Source: Gemmatimonadaceae bacterium (GTDB lineage Bacteria; Gemmatimonadota; Gemmatimonadetes; Gemmatimonadales; Gemmatimonadaceae). From it: a DNA stretch of 64,000 nt. The notes under the pieces are model-generated. The model had not been told where the DNA came from. It saw nothing but the letters and a program-made list of their open reading frames with translations, and did not search any database. Position 1 is the first letter of the stretch; each line of letters begins with the position of its first letter. Below are positions 20,302-30,324 of the stretch, piece by piece. The position numbers and the translations under genes were made by a program. The stretch is taken from NCBI GenBank assembly GCA_045803545.1, contig JBJMOW010000005.1, positions 1,472,001-1,536,000 on the forward strand, in the 5' to 3' direction.

Positions 20302-22167
20302 TTATTGCTCGCGAATCTGCAGTCGAGTGTTGATTCCTGGATTCTCAAGCATCTGAACCGCGCCCCGCGGCCACTTGATCTCGATGCGGTCGACTTTGGA
20401 TTGATCTCCGAGTCCGAAGTGCAACACCTTGCTCGATTGAGCGAGATATCCGCCGGCTGGATTCACCTGGCGGATCATTACCGTATTCCCGATCCAGAGT
20501 CGGGCGACGGCACCGATGGCGTCGCGATTGCTGCGAGTTCCCGTCAGCGCGAGCTCGATGTAGTTGCGGCGCGGAAATCGATTCGCGAAGAAGTATGGAC
20601 GGTCGTTGAAGTTGTTGGTGACGATTTCGAGTCGGCCGTCTCCGCCGAAATCAGCGACTGCCGCGCTGCGTGAGCTGCGTGCCGCCTTCGTGCCGGCGAT
20701 CTCCTTTTCCTGGTACGTCCCTCCACTTGGTGGCTCGACGCCAAACATCGCCGCTCGCTCCGCGAAGGTCCCGTCGCCGTTGTTCATCATCAGCTGATTG
20801 GGCCAATAGTAGAATGGGTAGCCCATGCCCGAAGTAATGAACGCATCCTCGTGGCCGTCGTTGTCGAAGTCGCCGGAGGCGATTCCCCACGGCCAGAACG
20901 TTTCCATTCCCGCCGCAAGCGCTGTTTCCTCGAAATGTCCTTTGCCGAGGTTACGGTAGAGGGCGTTGCCGAAGAGGAATTCGTCGTACTTCTCACCGTG
21001 AACCGCGAATTCATTCCGTTCATTCTGAACGAAGCGAGCATCATTCTCGTCGCCAGTTGGGCCCCCCGGCGAGCGGAAGCGCTGATGCTGAAACTGCGTC
21101 GCCGCCGGCAACGATGCCTGATGCGAGTCGAGTCCCATCCACATGTCGGAATGCATGTCGACGACGAATAGGTCGAGACGCCCGTCGCCGTCGTAGTCGA
21201 ACACCTTCGCACCGATTGCGCCGTGTGGAGTGGCGCCCAGCGTTTCGAGCGTGACGTCGGTAAAGGTTCCATTGCCGTTGTTGCGATAGAGCTGGCCGCG
21301 GCCGAACATGCTCGGCACAAACACATCGATGAAACCGTCATCGTCATAGTCGAACACCGCGAGGTCGCCTGCCCAGCCACGACCGCGCATTCCTGCCTTG
21401 TCGGTTACGTCGGTGAAGGTGCCGTCCCCATTGTTGTGATAGAGGATGTTGGATTCGTGGGCGCTGGTCATCAGCCCCTCGAGGCTTGCCTTTCCTTCGT
21501 AATGATGATCGGCGGCATCGAGATTGTCGGTAGTCCACGCCGCGGTGTTGGCGAGAAAAAGATCGAGCCGTCCATCGTTGTCGTAGTCGAAGAACACCGC
21601 CGTCTGCGAGTGACCGACATGAGCAACGCCCGCTTTCGCGGTCACGTCCTCGAAGGTGCCATCACCGCGGTTGTGGAAGAGGACATTGCCGCCGCGGGTG
21701 GTGGTGACGAACAGATCCTGGAATCCATCGTTGTCGTAGTCGGCGAAGGTCGCGGCGACCGAGACACTGCCGCCGAGCGCCACACCCGCCCTGGCGGTGA
21801 CGTCTTCGAAGGTAGCGTCGCCCTTGTTGCGGTAGAGAGCGTTCGGACCGTGCTGATTCAGAAAGTAGATGTCGTCGCGTCCATCGCCATCGAAATCGCC
21901 GACGGCGAGCCCGGAACCGTGATCGTACAGATTGATGCGGAAACGCTCACCTTGTTCGCTGTTGAGATTGTGCATCTGAAACGCAATCCCAGCCTGCTGC
22001 GCGCGTTCCTCAAACCCAGGGCTTTTGCGCAGGCGCGCGTGGATCAAGCCATAGCCGGCAAAGGAGACGGCGGCGGCGATCGTCACTGCAAGCACGATGA
22101 CTGGAAAACTCGATCTTGTTTCGTCGGTGGCGTTGGGCATTTGCGCCCAACGTCGTGTGTGGACCAA
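20302..22167 (-). CDS. CRTAC1-family FG-GAP/VCBS repeat protein with ASPIC/UnbV domain
   Basis: Repeated DYDNDG..DL and LY.N.GDGTF.DVT motifs; C-terminal GYLAQSSKVLHFGLG..IKWP. Confidence 0.9.
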   Translation of the reverse strand: MVHTRRWAQMPNATDETRSSFPVIVLAVTIAAAVSFAGYGLIHARLRKSPGFEERAQQAGIAFQMHNLNSEQGERFRINLYDHGSGLAVGDFDGDGRDDIYFLNQHGPNALYRNKGDATFEDVTARAGVALGGSVSVAATFADYDNDGFQDLFVTTTRGGNVLFHNRGDGTFEDVTAKAGVAHVGHSQTAVFFDYDNDGRLDLFLANTAAWTTDNLDAADHHYEGKASLEGLMTSAHESNILYHNNGDGTFTDVTDKAGMRGRGWAGDLAVFDYDDDGFIDVFVPSMFGRGQLYRNNGNGTFTDVTLETLGATPHGAIGAKVFDYDGDGRLDLFVVDMHSDMWMGLDSHQASLPAATQFQHQRFRSPGGPTGDENDARFVQNERNEFAVHGEKYDEFLFGNALYRNLGKGHFEETALAAGMETFWPWGIASGDFDNDGHEDAFITSGMGYPFYYWPNQLMMNNGDGTFAERAAMFGVEPPSGGTYQEKEIAGTKAARSSRSAAVADFGGDGRLEIVTNNFNDRPYFFANRFPRRNYIELALTGTRSNRDAIGAVARLWIGNTVMIRQVNPAGGYLAQSSKVLHFGLGDQSKVDRIEIKWPRGAVQMLENPGINTRLQIREQ

Positions 22168-22237
22168 CCCAGCACGAGCAGAGGTTGGGTGAGTGTATCA
22201 CGATGTTTGGCGAGCGGCCGGAATCTCTCGGTGGCTA

Positions 22238-22852
22238 CTAGTCTCCCGCTCGATCAAAGAGTCGCTGCGCCACCGCGTCCAGCGAGCTGCCGGCGGCTTC
22301 GAGTGCGACTGCGACATGGTAGACCAGGTCGGCCGCTTCCTCCGCGGCTTGATTGGCGTCGCCGTCGGCGAGCGCGGCGATGAGCTCACCGGTTTCTTCG
22401 CCGATCTTCTTGAGCCGGAGATTGCGATCGGTGAGCAGCTTCTTCGTGTAACTCGCTGACTTCGTCTCCACGTCTGCGACGCGTTTGGCAATTATCTTCG
22501 AGAGCGCAGACCAGGCACTTGCGGTTGCGAGCGAATCATCGAAGCACGATTGGGCACCGGAGTGGCAGGCCGGCCCCGCAGAGATAACGCGGGCGAGCAC
22601 CGTGTCGCCATCGCAATCGGCGGTGAGCGACACGACCCGTTGCAGGTTGCCGCTCGTCGCGCCCTTCCGCCACAGGCCGCGGGTGCGGGAGCGGTAATGC
22701 ATCTCGCCCGTTTTCAGGGTGAGCTCGAGCGCCTCCCGATCCGCGTTCGCAACCATCAATACCTGTCCGCTCACTGCGTCCTGTGCGACGACGACGATCG
22801 TTCCTTTGTCGGCGTCGAAGCGCAACTCATCCAGATCCAATCGCAGGGTCAT
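22238..22852 (-). CDS. hisIE: Bifunctional phosphoribosyl-AMP cyclohydrolase / phosphoribosyl-ATP diphosphatase
   Basis: SRTRGLWRKGATSGN, DCDGD, ACHSG..SCF, KKIGEE, EAADLVYH. Confidence 0.95.
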   Translation of the reverse strand: MTLRLDLDELRFDADKGTIVVVAQDAVSGQVLMVANADREALELTLKTGEMHYRSRTRGLWRKGATSGNLQRVVSLTADCDGDTVLARVISAGPACHSGAQSCFDDSLATASAWSALSKIIAKRVADVETKSASYTKKLLTDRNLRLKKIGEETGELIAALADGDANQAAEEAADLVYHVAVALEAAGSSLDAVAQRLFDRAGD

Positions 22853-23655
22853 CGCTGATCGCTCACCAGAAATTCGCGTGTTACCTCCGCGAGGTTTGCA
22901 TTGGTGGCGATGGCGTCGCCGCCGAACGACGTCGCACGACCACGCCAGTCGGTGAAAACGCCACCCGCTTCGACGATGATCGGCAGCAGCGCGGCGGCGT
23001 CCCAGTCGGAGACAACTTCGTCAACCATGATGTCGGCGCGACCGGTGGCGACGAGCAGGTAACCGTAACAATCGCCCCACGTCCGCATCGCGCCTACCTC
23101 GGTCTGTAGTCGCACCCAACGCTCGCGACGCGCTCTGTCGCGCAGAAATCTCGCGTCGGACGTAAGCAGTCGCGCGTCGGTCAGTCGATCCGTCGTCGAA
23201 ACTCGCGCGCGCGATCCGTTCCACCAGCAGCCTTGCCCCGTGGCTGCCAGAATTGTCTCGTCGAGTGCCGGGAAATACGCTGCGCCCGCGATCACGGAGT
23301 CGCCTTCCGCCACAGCGACGAGCGTTCCCCAGAGCGGCACCGATTGCAGAAAAGTGAAGGTCCCGTCGATCGGATCCAGAATCCAGCGTCGCACCGCCTC
23401 GGGTCTCGACTGCGGCAGCTCTTCGCCGAGGATTCCGTCGTCGGGAAATCTCCGCTCGATCCACTCACGAGCGGCGCGTTCGGCGTTGACGTCGGCGACA
23501 CTCACCGGCGATCCATCGCTCTTGATACGCGTCTCCGGATTCCTTCCGAAATAATTCTTCGCGACGTCGCCGGCTACACGCGCGACTTCGGCGACCGCAT
23601 CCATATATGTTTGCGTGTTGTCGGCGCCGAGTTCCAGAAGGCGAGTTTCCGTCAC
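22849..23655 (-). CDS. hisN: Histidinol-phosphate phosphatase, inositol monophosphatase family
   Basis: [32 protein letters not shown]; lies in the his operon; GTG start overlaps the hisF stop. Confidence 0.88.
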   Translation of the reverse strand: MTETRLLELGADNTQTYMDAVAEVARVAGDVAKNYFGRNPETRIKSDGSPVSVADVNAERAAREWIERRFPDDGILGEELPQSRPEAVRRWILDPIDGTFTFLQSVPLWGTLVAVAEGDSVIAGAAYFPALDETILAATGQGCWWNGSRARVSTTDRLTDARLLTSDARFLRDRARRERWVRLQTEVGAMRTWGDCYGYLLVATGRADIMVDEVVSDWDAAALLPIIVEAGGVFTDWRGRATSFGGDAIATNANLAEVTREFLVSDQR

Positions 23656-24413
23656 GCGGCGCTCCTTACACGAATGCCCGACGCCGCCAGCGCGGACTTC
23701 ACAGCGCGAATATCGGCAGTCCCATCGTGGAGAACTCCAGCCAGCAGCGCCGCTTGAGCGCCACCGTTTACGAAAGCGGCAACGACGTCTGCCGCTGACC
23801 CGGCGCCACCGGATGCGATCACCGGTACTGACACCGCGCCCGATACCGCGGCGGTCAGCGCGATATCGTACCCCGAGCGAGCACCATCGCGATCGATGCT
23901 GGTGAGAAGGATCTCGCCGGCGCCGAGCTCGGCGCACCTGACTGCCCACTCGACGGCATCGATCCCCGTCGGTTCCCTCCCGCCGTTGATGTAAACCTCC
24001 CATCGCGCGCCTTGTCGCAGCGCATCGATGCTCCCCACGACGCACTGTGATCCGAACCAGTCGGCCGCCTCGCTCAGTATCTGTGGGCGACGCACCGCCG
24101 CGGTGTTGATGGCGGTCTTGTCGGCGCCGGCGCGCAATGCCTCCGCGATGTCATCGACCGTGCGCATTCCTCCACCGACAGTCAGCGGAATGAACAATCG
24201 CTCAGCGGTGCGTCGAACGAGGTCGAGCAGGGTGCTTCGACCTTGATCCGTCGCCGAGATGTCGAGATAGACGATCTCGTCGGCGCCCTGCATCTCGTAC
24301 CGTTCGGCAAGGACCACGGGATCGCCGGCGTCACGAAGATTCACGAAGCCGGTTCCTTTGACGACCCGCCCGTCCTTTACATCTAGGCAGGCGATCACTC
24401 TCTGCGTCAGCAT
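23652..24413 (-). CDS. hisF: Imidazole glycerol phosphate synthase cyclase subunit
   Basis: [47 protein letters not shown]. Confidence 0.97.
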   Translation of the reverse strand: MLTQRVIACLDVKDGRVVKGTGFVNLRDAGDPVVLAERYEMQGADEIVYLDISATDQGRSTLLDLVRRTAERLFIPLTVGGGMRTVDDIAEALRAGADKTAINTAAVRRPQILSEAADWFGSQCVVGSIDALRQGARWEVYINGGREPTGIDAVEWAVRCAELGAGEILLTSIDRDGARSGYDIALTAAVSGAVSVPVIASGGAGSAADVVAAFVNGGAQAALLAGVLHDGTADIRAVKSALAASGIRVRSAA

Positions 24414-24423
24414 CGCTGGTCTC

Positions 24424-25005
24424 TCATCGTGGGCGGTCGACACTGACCGCGACAGTCCCCTTGGTGCTGACCGTGTCGCCAGTATCGACGAGCGCATCAC
24501 GGAGCGCGAGGCCGAGCGCCTTGAATGCGGCTTCGACGACGTGGTGGCGATCGCGACCACGCAGTACCACGACGTGGATGGTCGCGCGCGCCTCGTTGCT
24601 GAACGATCGCATCCAGTGATCGTACAAACCGCTAGGCAGCGGTCCTTCGTAGTAACGGCGCCCGCCGATATCGACCGAAACCTGAACCAGCGCATCGTCC
24701 ATTGGGATAACACGATTGCCGTAGCGAGCGGCACCCGCAGGGACGATGTCGCGAAACGCGCGACCGACGGTAAGCGCGACATCCTCGATCAAATGGTGCG
24801 GGAGATCGCCGCGCGCCGTCACCCTCAGACCGAGTCCGGAGTAGCGGGCGAACGCGGTGAGCATGTGATCGAGAAATCGGTTGCCGGTGTCGATCGGTTT
24901 TTTGCCAGAGGCGGCTTGCTCGATTGCGCTGCTCGCGCCGTTGTCTCCCGGCAGAATCTCGACGCTGATCGATGTCTCGTTCGTCTCTCGCTTCGTCACG
25001 CCCAT
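24424..25005 (-). CDS. hisB: Imidazoleglycerol-phosphate dehydratase (monofunctional)
   Basis: [33 protein letters not shown]. Confidence 0.95.
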   Translation of the reverse strand: MGVTKRETNETSISVEILPGDNGASSAIEQAASGKKPIDTGNRFLDHMLTAFARYSGLGLRVTARGDLPHHLIEDVALTVGRAFRDIVPAGAARYGNRVIPMDDALVQVSVDIGGRRYYEGPLPSGLYDHWMRSFSNEARATIHVVVLRGRDRHHVVEAAFKALGLALRDALVDTGDTVSTKGTVAVSVDRPR

Positions 25006-25712
25006 GCGGACATTTCCTCGATGAGTGTTTGCGGATTCAGGGCACCCGTGTAGAGCGCCATGCCAACGATCGCCGCGACAGCTCCCGCGTCGGCGAGCGC
25101 GCGGATGTCGTCAATGCTTCGTACTCCACCCGAGGCCTGAACTGGAATCGTCGATCGCGCAGTGATTTCCTCGACGAGTCTGACGTCGGGGCCTTCCAGG
25201 CGACCCTCGCGCTCGACCGCCGTCACCAGAACGGCAGCGAGCGCAAGCGGCGCGAGGCATTCGACGAATTCGATCACATCGCGTAAGCTGGTTCGCGACC
25301 AGCCGCGCGAGAGCACTCGTCGCCCCGATGCATCGGCGGCAACGATGATCTGGTTTGGGTAGCGCCTCACCGCATCCTCGAGCCAGGCGCCGTCCTCGAC
25401 AGCACGTGTGCCGAGCACGACCTCTGATGCGCCGGCGTCGAGCAGCTCATCGATGGTATCGAGATCTCGCACGCCGCCACCGCACTGGAAGCTCCCCGCT
25501 CCTTGGAGGATTTCTCGAACGGTCTCGCGATTGGAGCCGCGTCCGGTGGCGGCGTCGAGATCGACGATGTGAATGCGGGAGAATCCGAGGCTTGTCCACT
25601 CGCCTGCAACGGCGACAGGATCCGCGATCCTGACGCGTTCCTCGGCGTACGATCCGCCGACGAGCTGCACGCAGGCCCCGTCGCGGATGTCGATGGCGGG
25701 AATCACTTGCAT
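24996..25712 (-). CDS. hisA: ProFAR isomerase
   Basis: MQVIPAIDIRDGACVQL, HIVDLDAA, GGGVR, ASGGVRS. Confidence 0.95.
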   Translation of the reverse strand: MQVIPAIDIRDGACVQLVGGSYAEERVRIADPVAVAGEWTSLGFSRIHIVDLDAATGRGSNRETVREILQGAGSFQCGGGVRDLDTIDELLDAGASEVVLGTRAVEDGAWLEDAVRRYPNQIIVAADASGRRVLSRGWSRTSLRDVIEFVECLAPLALAAVLVTAVEREGRLEGPDVRLVEEITARSTIPVQASGGVRSIDDIRALADAGAVAAIVGMALYTGALNPQTLIEEMSAWA

Positions 25713-26377
25713 GTCATTGAATCACGCGCCGCATCGACGACTCGAATCTCCGAATCGAGGAGATCGTCGATGACGGCGTTGATGAAAGCGCGACCGGCAG
25801 CGGAGCTCTTCTCCGGGTGAAACTGGACGCCGACGGTATTGGCGCGGCGAACGACCGACGCGAAGGTCGTGTCCTGGTGCGTCGTCGATGCCAGCACGAA
25901 GGATTGATCGTCCGGGCGACAGACATAAGCATTGGCGAAATACGCCGTCTGCAACCGGCCTAATGGGGCAACGTCGTCGCGCCATTCGATGTCGTTCCAT
26001 CCCATGTGCGGCACGGTCGGAGTGCGGAGCCTGGTGACGTTGCCGGCGATGAAACCGAGACCCTGACCAGGTCCTTCCTCGCTACCGTCGAAGAGAAGCT
26101 GCATGCCGAGGCAAATGCCGAGGCACGGCAGGCCGTCCTCGAGTGCGGACGCGACGGATGGCCGCGCGCTCTGCATCGCCCGCGCCGCGGCGCCGAAAGC
26201 TCCGACGCCCGGCAGCACCAGGAGATCCGCGCTGATGGCGCGCCTCAGATCGGTCTCGACGGAGATGTCCCGATCATCTCTGGCGATGGCCTTGAGCAGC
26301 GAGTGCAGGTTGCCGGCGCCGTAATCGTAGACTGCGATTGTGCTCCGTCTGCCACCATTTATTGCGCGCGAGATCAC
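25703..26377 (-). CDS. hisH: Imidazole glycerol phosphate synthase glutaminase subunit
   Basis: DYGAGNLHS, LPGVGAF, GICLGMQ, PHMGWN, QFHPEKS. Confidence 0.95.
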   Translation of the reverse strand: MISRAINGGRRSTIAVYDYGAGNLHSLLKAIARDDRDISVETDLRRAISADLLVLPGVGAFGAAARAMQSARPSVASALEDGLPCLGICLGMQLLFDGSEEGPGQGLGFIAGNVTRLRTPTVPHMGWNDIEWRDDVAPLGRLQTAYFANAYVCRPDDQSFVLASTTHQDTTFASVVRRANTVGVQFHPEKSSAAGRAFINAVIDDLLDSEIRVVDAARDSMTCK

Positions 26378-27444
26378 GTAGCCTCCTCGAGCGCGTCGAG
26401 GAAACGATGCATCATCTCCCAAGGTCCAACCGCGACACGGATGGCGTCGCCGATGCCGCGAAGTTGCGGCAGTGCACGAACGCGGACTCCGAGCCGCTCC
26501 AGACGAGACGCGAGTGCCACGCACTCGGTGACCGGCGCGAGGAGGAAGTTTGCGGCCGACTCGAATGTGTCGATGCCGCGCATCTTCAGCTCGGCGCGGA
26601 GGCGCGAACGGTTGACGACGACTTGCTTGATTCGCTCGCCGACCCATGCGCGTTCACTGGTGAGAGTAGCAATGGCGGCACGCTCGGCGGGTGAGCTGAC
26701 CTTGTACGGTCCGCGCGCCTTCATTACCTCGGCGACCAGCTCTGGTGCGCCCACTCCGTAGCCAACGCGGAGTCCCGCCAGCCCGAACGCCTTCGACATC
26801 GTGCGCGTCACGATTACCGGCCGGCCGCTGCGGACAAGATCTACAAAGTCATCGCCACCGAATTCGACGTACGCCTGATCGATGATGACGAGCCCCGGTG
26901 CGCGCTCCACGATTTGCTCTACGCTTTCGCGCGAAAGGGCACTACCGGTCGGATTGTTCGGTGTACAGAGGTAGATGATGCGCGCACCTGACTCTACCAT
27001 CGCGTCGACGTCGACATCGAGCGAATCGGTCAGCGGAACAGCGACGGGAACGAGTCCGTTGGTGCGCGCAAAAACGGGAATCATGCTGAACGACGGATCG
27101 GGCAGGCACAGCACTTCGCCCGGCTGGGCGAAAGCGCGGATTGCAGAATCGAGCACATCATCCGAGCCGCAGCCGCACACTATCATTTCTGCAGACACGC
27201 CGACGTACCGCGCGAGTGCCTCGGCGAGTGCCGGCTCGTAAGCGACCGGGTAGCGGGCGATACTTCCATGTCGCGCCGCGGCGATCGCCCGCAACGCAGC
27301 CGGTGGCGCGCCCCACAGATTGGTGTTGTCGCTCAGATCCAGTGCGACGGTTTCGCGCGGCGCGGAGTACAGCCCAATGTCGCGATAGCCCTCGCGCAAC
27401 AGCGAAGCGATCGAATCAGCTCCTGAAGTGACGTTGGTTGTCAT
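26374..27444 (-). CDS. hisC: Histidinol-phosphate aminotransferase
   Basis: PNNPTG, RTMSKAFGLAGLRVGY. Confidence 0.95.
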   Translation of the reverse strand: MTTNVTSGADSIASLLREGYRDIGLYSAPRETVALDLSDNTNLWGAPPAALRAIAAARHGSIARYPVAYEPALAEALARYVGVSAEMIVCGCGSDDVLDSAIRAFAQPGEVLCLPDPSFSMIPVFARTNGLVPVAVPLTDSLDVDVDAMVESGARIIYLCTPNNPTGSALSRESVEQIVERAPGLVIIDQAYVEFGGDDFVDLVRSGRPVIVTRTMSKAFGLAGLRVGYGVGAPELVAEVMKARGPYKVSSPAERAAIATLTSERAWVGERIKQVVVNRSRLRAELKMRGIDTFESAANFLLAPVTECVALASRLERLGVRVRALPQLRGIGDAIRVAVGPWEMMHRFLDALEEAT

Positions 27445-28784
27445 TGATTGACCCGGAATTCACTTCGCTTTGCCTGCGCACGCGGCGCCAGCGCCGCTGC
27501 TGCGTGCGCGGGCAGACCCTCAGCGGATGCGAGAATCGCGGTGTCACTGGCGAGTCGTTGCGCCGCTTCGGGCGTCACTTTCTGGTACGAGGTCCAGCGA
27601 ACGAAATCGAGGGTGCCGAGTCCGGAGTAGCTGCGCGCCAGACCGCCGGTGGGCAAAACGTGATTGCCGCCCGTGAGGTAATCGCCGAACACGACCGACG
27701 AAGACTCGCCGACAAACACGCAGCCGGCGTTGCGCACGTCGGGAAGCACTCGCTCCGGATCGTCGAAGGCCAGCAGCAGATGTTCGGGCGCGAATTCATT
27801 TGCGAACCGGATTGCTTCTGTTATCGACGCGGCGGTGACGAGAACGCCCGATTGTTCGAGCGCTGCACGAATTACATCGGCGCGCGGCGCATCGGTGAGG
27901 ATCTGTTCGACGGCGTTGGCGATCGACACCGCTGTCGCATCATCTATACAAATGACGACGACGCAGGCGTTCACATCGTGCTCCGCTTGCGCCACGACCT
28001 CGTGGGCGATCGTGTCGGCGTCGCAAGTCGCATCGCAAATCACCAGCAGCTCGCTCGGGCCCGCGGGAGAGTCGATCGCCACATCCCGGCACACCTGCAG
28101 TTTCGCTTCGGCGACGTAGGCATTGCCAGGCCCGACGATTCGATCGACTCGTGGAATGGTTTCAGTGCCGTAGGCCATCGCGGCGATTGCGCCTGCGCCG
28201 CCGACGGAGAAAACGCGATCTATTCCGGCGATCTCGCACGCCGCGAGAACTATGGACGCCGGGCTTCCATCACTTTGCGGCGGTGAACAGAGCACGATCT
28301 CGGCAACACCAGCGATGCGCGCGGGGATTCCCGCCATCAGTACGCTGCTCGCATACGCCGCGCGTCCGCCCGGCGCATAAATGCCGACACGCTCCAATGG
28401 ATCGGACCATCTCCCGACGGTCACACCCGGTTCCGTTTCGACTTCGACGGTCCGCGGCGGGAACGCACCGTGAAAAGACCCGATGTTCCGCGCCGCACGC
28501 TCGAGCGCGGATCGCACAGGGGGAGCAACATCATCAAGTGCCCGCCGTCGCACAGCACGCGAAACTTCGAGCGCATCGATCGACACTCCGTCGTACGCGA
28601 GCGCCATCTCCCTCAGCGCGTGATCGCCATCGCACCGGACACGCCCAATAATTCGTTCAGTCGCCTCGCGCACCAGCGAGCTGGTCGCGCTCGAGCGTCG
28701 CAGCACTGACCTGCCGTCGCCGGCGGATAACGAGCTCAGCGCGCCTGCAAATTTCCAGCAGGTGTCCTCGATTGTCTGGGTCAT
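27441..28784 (-). CDS. hisD: Histidinol dehydrogenase
   Basis: GPGNAYVAEAK, IDSPAGPSE, AQAEHD, APEHL, GDYLTGGNHVLPT. Confidence 0.97.
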   Translation of the reverse strand: MTQTIEDTCWKFAGALSSLSAGDGRSVLRRSSATSSLVREATERIIGRVRCDGDHALREMALAYDGVSIDALEVSRAVRRRALDDVAPPVRSALERAARNIGSFHGAFPPRTVEVETEPGVTVGRWSDPLERVGIYAPGGRAAYASSVLMAGIPARIAGVAEIVLCSPPQSDGSPASIVLAACEIAGIDRVFSVGGAGAIAAMAYGTETIPRVDRIVGPGNAYVAEAKLQVCRDVAIDSPAGPSELLVICDATCDADTIAHEVVAQAEHDVNACVVVICIDDATAVSIANAVEQILTDAPRADVIRAALEQSGVLVTAASITEAIRFANEFAPEHLLLAFDDPERVLPDVRNAGCVFVGESSSVVFGDYLTGGNHVLPTGGLARSYSGLGTLDFVRWTSYQKVTPEAAQRLASDTAILASAEGLPAHAAAALAPRAQAKRSEFRVNQ

Positions 28785-29644
28785 GGCATCAGCCGCTCCA
28801 CCCGCGTGACGAGAATGCCACTGGCGTCGAGAGCCTTGAGCGCACCGATCGTTTTGTAGACCGTTCCCGCGTCGACCACCGCGTGCACCGCCACGCGATC
28901 ACCGCCGTTGAGGATGTCGATCACCGTCGGACCGTTGATCCCAGGGATGACCTGCTTCACTGCATCGAGCGATCGCCGCGGCACATTTGCCATCAAGTAC
29001 CTCTTGCCGCGCGCTCTGACAACGGAATCGAGCGCCATAATGAGCGAATCGAGCGCCTCTCGCCGGTCGCGCTCGAACGCGGCGTCGCATCGCGTGACGA
29101 GGTGCGCGCGGGAGGAGAGCAACGTGCCGATCTCCCGCAGTCCGTTGACCTTGAGAGTCGAGCCAGTCGAGGTGATGTCGACGATGACGTCGGCGATGCC
29201 GAGCAGCGGCGCGATTTCCGCAGCGCCCGAGATCGGCACTATTACGACGTTCTGGTTTCGTTCCTGAAAGAATTCCCGCGTGACGTTGGGGAACGAAGTC
29301 GCAATGCGCATTTCCGGCGCGATGTCGTCGACGGTGATAATTGGACTGTCGTCGCGGACAGCGGCGACGAGTCGGCAATCGCCAAAGCCGAGATCGAGCC
29401 TTCGCTCGACGGGACGTCCCGATTCGCGCACCAGGTCCCAGCCGGTGACTCCAACGTCGGCGACACCGTCGGCAACGAATTCCGGAATGTCATTGGCCCG
29501 AACGAACAGCGCCTCGAACTCTCCGCCGAGTGATGCGGTAAGAGCCCGGTCGCTGCCTGATAGCACGGGCAGTCCGGCGTCTCTGAAGAGCTCGCGCGCA
29601 TCGTCAGCAAGCCGTCCTTTGTTTGGCAGCGCGATTCTAAGCAT
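28781..29644 (-). CDS. hisG: ATP phosphoribosyltransferase, long form
   Basis: MLRIALPNKGRL, VRANDIP, DITSTGSTL; C-terminal regulatory domain present (287 aa). Confidence 0.96.
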   Translation of the reverse strand: MLRIALPNKGRLADDARELFRDAGLPVLSGSDRALTASLGGEFEALFVRANDIPEFVADGVADVGVTGWDLVRESGRPVERRLDLGFGDCRLVAAVRDDSPIITVDDIAPEMRIATSFPNVTREFFQERNQNVVIVPISGAAEIAPLLGIADVIVDITSTGSTLKVNGLREIGTLLSSRAHLVTRCDAAFERDRREALDSLIMALDSVVRARGKRYLMANVPRRSLDAVKQVIPGINGPTVIDILNGGDRVAVHAVVDAGTVYKTIGALKALDASGILVTRVERLMP

Positions 29645-29681
29645 GGGAAGCGGGAAGCGGGAAGCGGGAAGCGGGAAGCGG
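29645..29681. repeat. (GGGAAGC)x5 heptamer array abutting the hisG start
   Basis: gggaagcgggaagcgggaagcgggaagcgggaagcgg. Confidence 0.95.
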
Positions 29682-29708
29682 ATAACGCGGCTACGAGAAT
29701 CGGGAAAT

Positions 29709-29736
29709 AAAAAACCCGTCCAGGAATCGGACGGGC
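29709..29736 (-). terminator. his attenuator terminator
   Basis: Minus strand GCCCGTCC-gattcct-GGACGGGT followed by a T run. Confidence 0.85.
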
Positions 29737-29774
29737 TGCGGAAGCTTTGTTAGTGGAGTCTGACTAGCTGATTT

Positions 29775-29864
29775 CTATAGTCTGACGTTCACGCGCAAGA
29801 GCGTCCGCGGCCCGAAATGGCCGTGGCGCGGGTGCGCATGGTTGGTGAAGGTGTTTGTCGTCAT
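29775..29864 (-). CDS. hisL: his operon leader peptide MTTNTFTNHAHPRHGHFGPRTLLRVNVRL
   Basis: 4 His in 8 codons; lies between the promoter and the terminator upstream of hisG. Confidence 0.8.
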   Translation of the reverse strand: MTTNTFTNHAHPRHGHFGPRTLLRVNVRL

Positions 29865-29872
29865 TGACCAGC

Positions 29873-29901
29873 ATGTTAACCGGCGGGTGCGATCAGCGCA
29901 A
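29873..29901 (-). promoter_or_regulatory. sigma70-type promoter for the his leader
   Basis: TTGCGC-N17-TAACAT, 8 nt before the leader ATG. Confidence 0.6.
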
Positions 29902-29924
29902 TAACCGGCGCGCTTTCCGTAAGG

Positions 29925-30066
29925 GACGACTCGTAACGGACGACTCGTAACGGGCGACCCGTAACCGGTAACCCGTAACGCGTTACCCGTTACCCGTTAC
30001 CCGTTACCCGTTACCCGCGTCCCGCTTCCCGCTTCCCGCTTCCCGCCTCCCGCCTCCCGCCTCGCG
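29925..30066. repeat. Compound heptamer array between the divergent his and aroF promoters
   Basis: GTAACCC/GTAACGC units, central palindrome GTAACGCGTTAC, then (GTTACCC)n, (GCTTCCC)n and (GCCTCCC)n. Confidence 0.9.
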
Positions 30067-30067
30067 C

Positions 30068-30096
30068 TTTACTTTTCCGCCGACATACTCTACCTT
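30068..30096 (+). promoter_or_regulatory. sigma70-type promoter for the aroF leader
   Basis: TTTACT-N17-TACCTT, 8 nt before the leader ATG. Confidence 0.55.
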
Positions 30097-30104
30097 CGGT
30101 GCAA

Positions 30105-30191
30105 ATGACCGCATTGTGGTTCGGAGTGACCTACTACGCTGGCTTTATCGGCTACTTGCCGATAGGGGGCCCCGGGTCGCGCGTGCGGTAA
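30105..30191 (+). CDS. Aromatic amino-acid leader peptide MTALWFGVTYYAGFIGYLPIGGPGSRVR
   Basis: 1 Trp, 2 Phe and 3 Tyr in codons 5-17; upstream of a terminator and DAHP synthase. Confidence 0.8.
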   Translation: MTALWFGVTYYAGFIGYLPIGGPGSRVR

Positions 30192-30227
30192 ATAGCAACG
30201 AGCAGGAAAAAGCGCAGCAACACCACC

Positions 30228-30266
30228 AGGGCCTTCGCCGAACGCGGGGGCCCTTTCTCTTTTTCT
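30228..30266 (+). terminator. aroF attenuator terminator
   Basis: AGGGCCTTCGC-cgaac-GCGGGGGCCCT followed by TTCTCTTTTTCT. Confidence 0.8.
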
Positions 30267-30324
30267 ATTTCGGCGCCCGCGAGAACGAGACCCGATCTCT
30301 CACCATCACTCGGGGATGTGTGTC

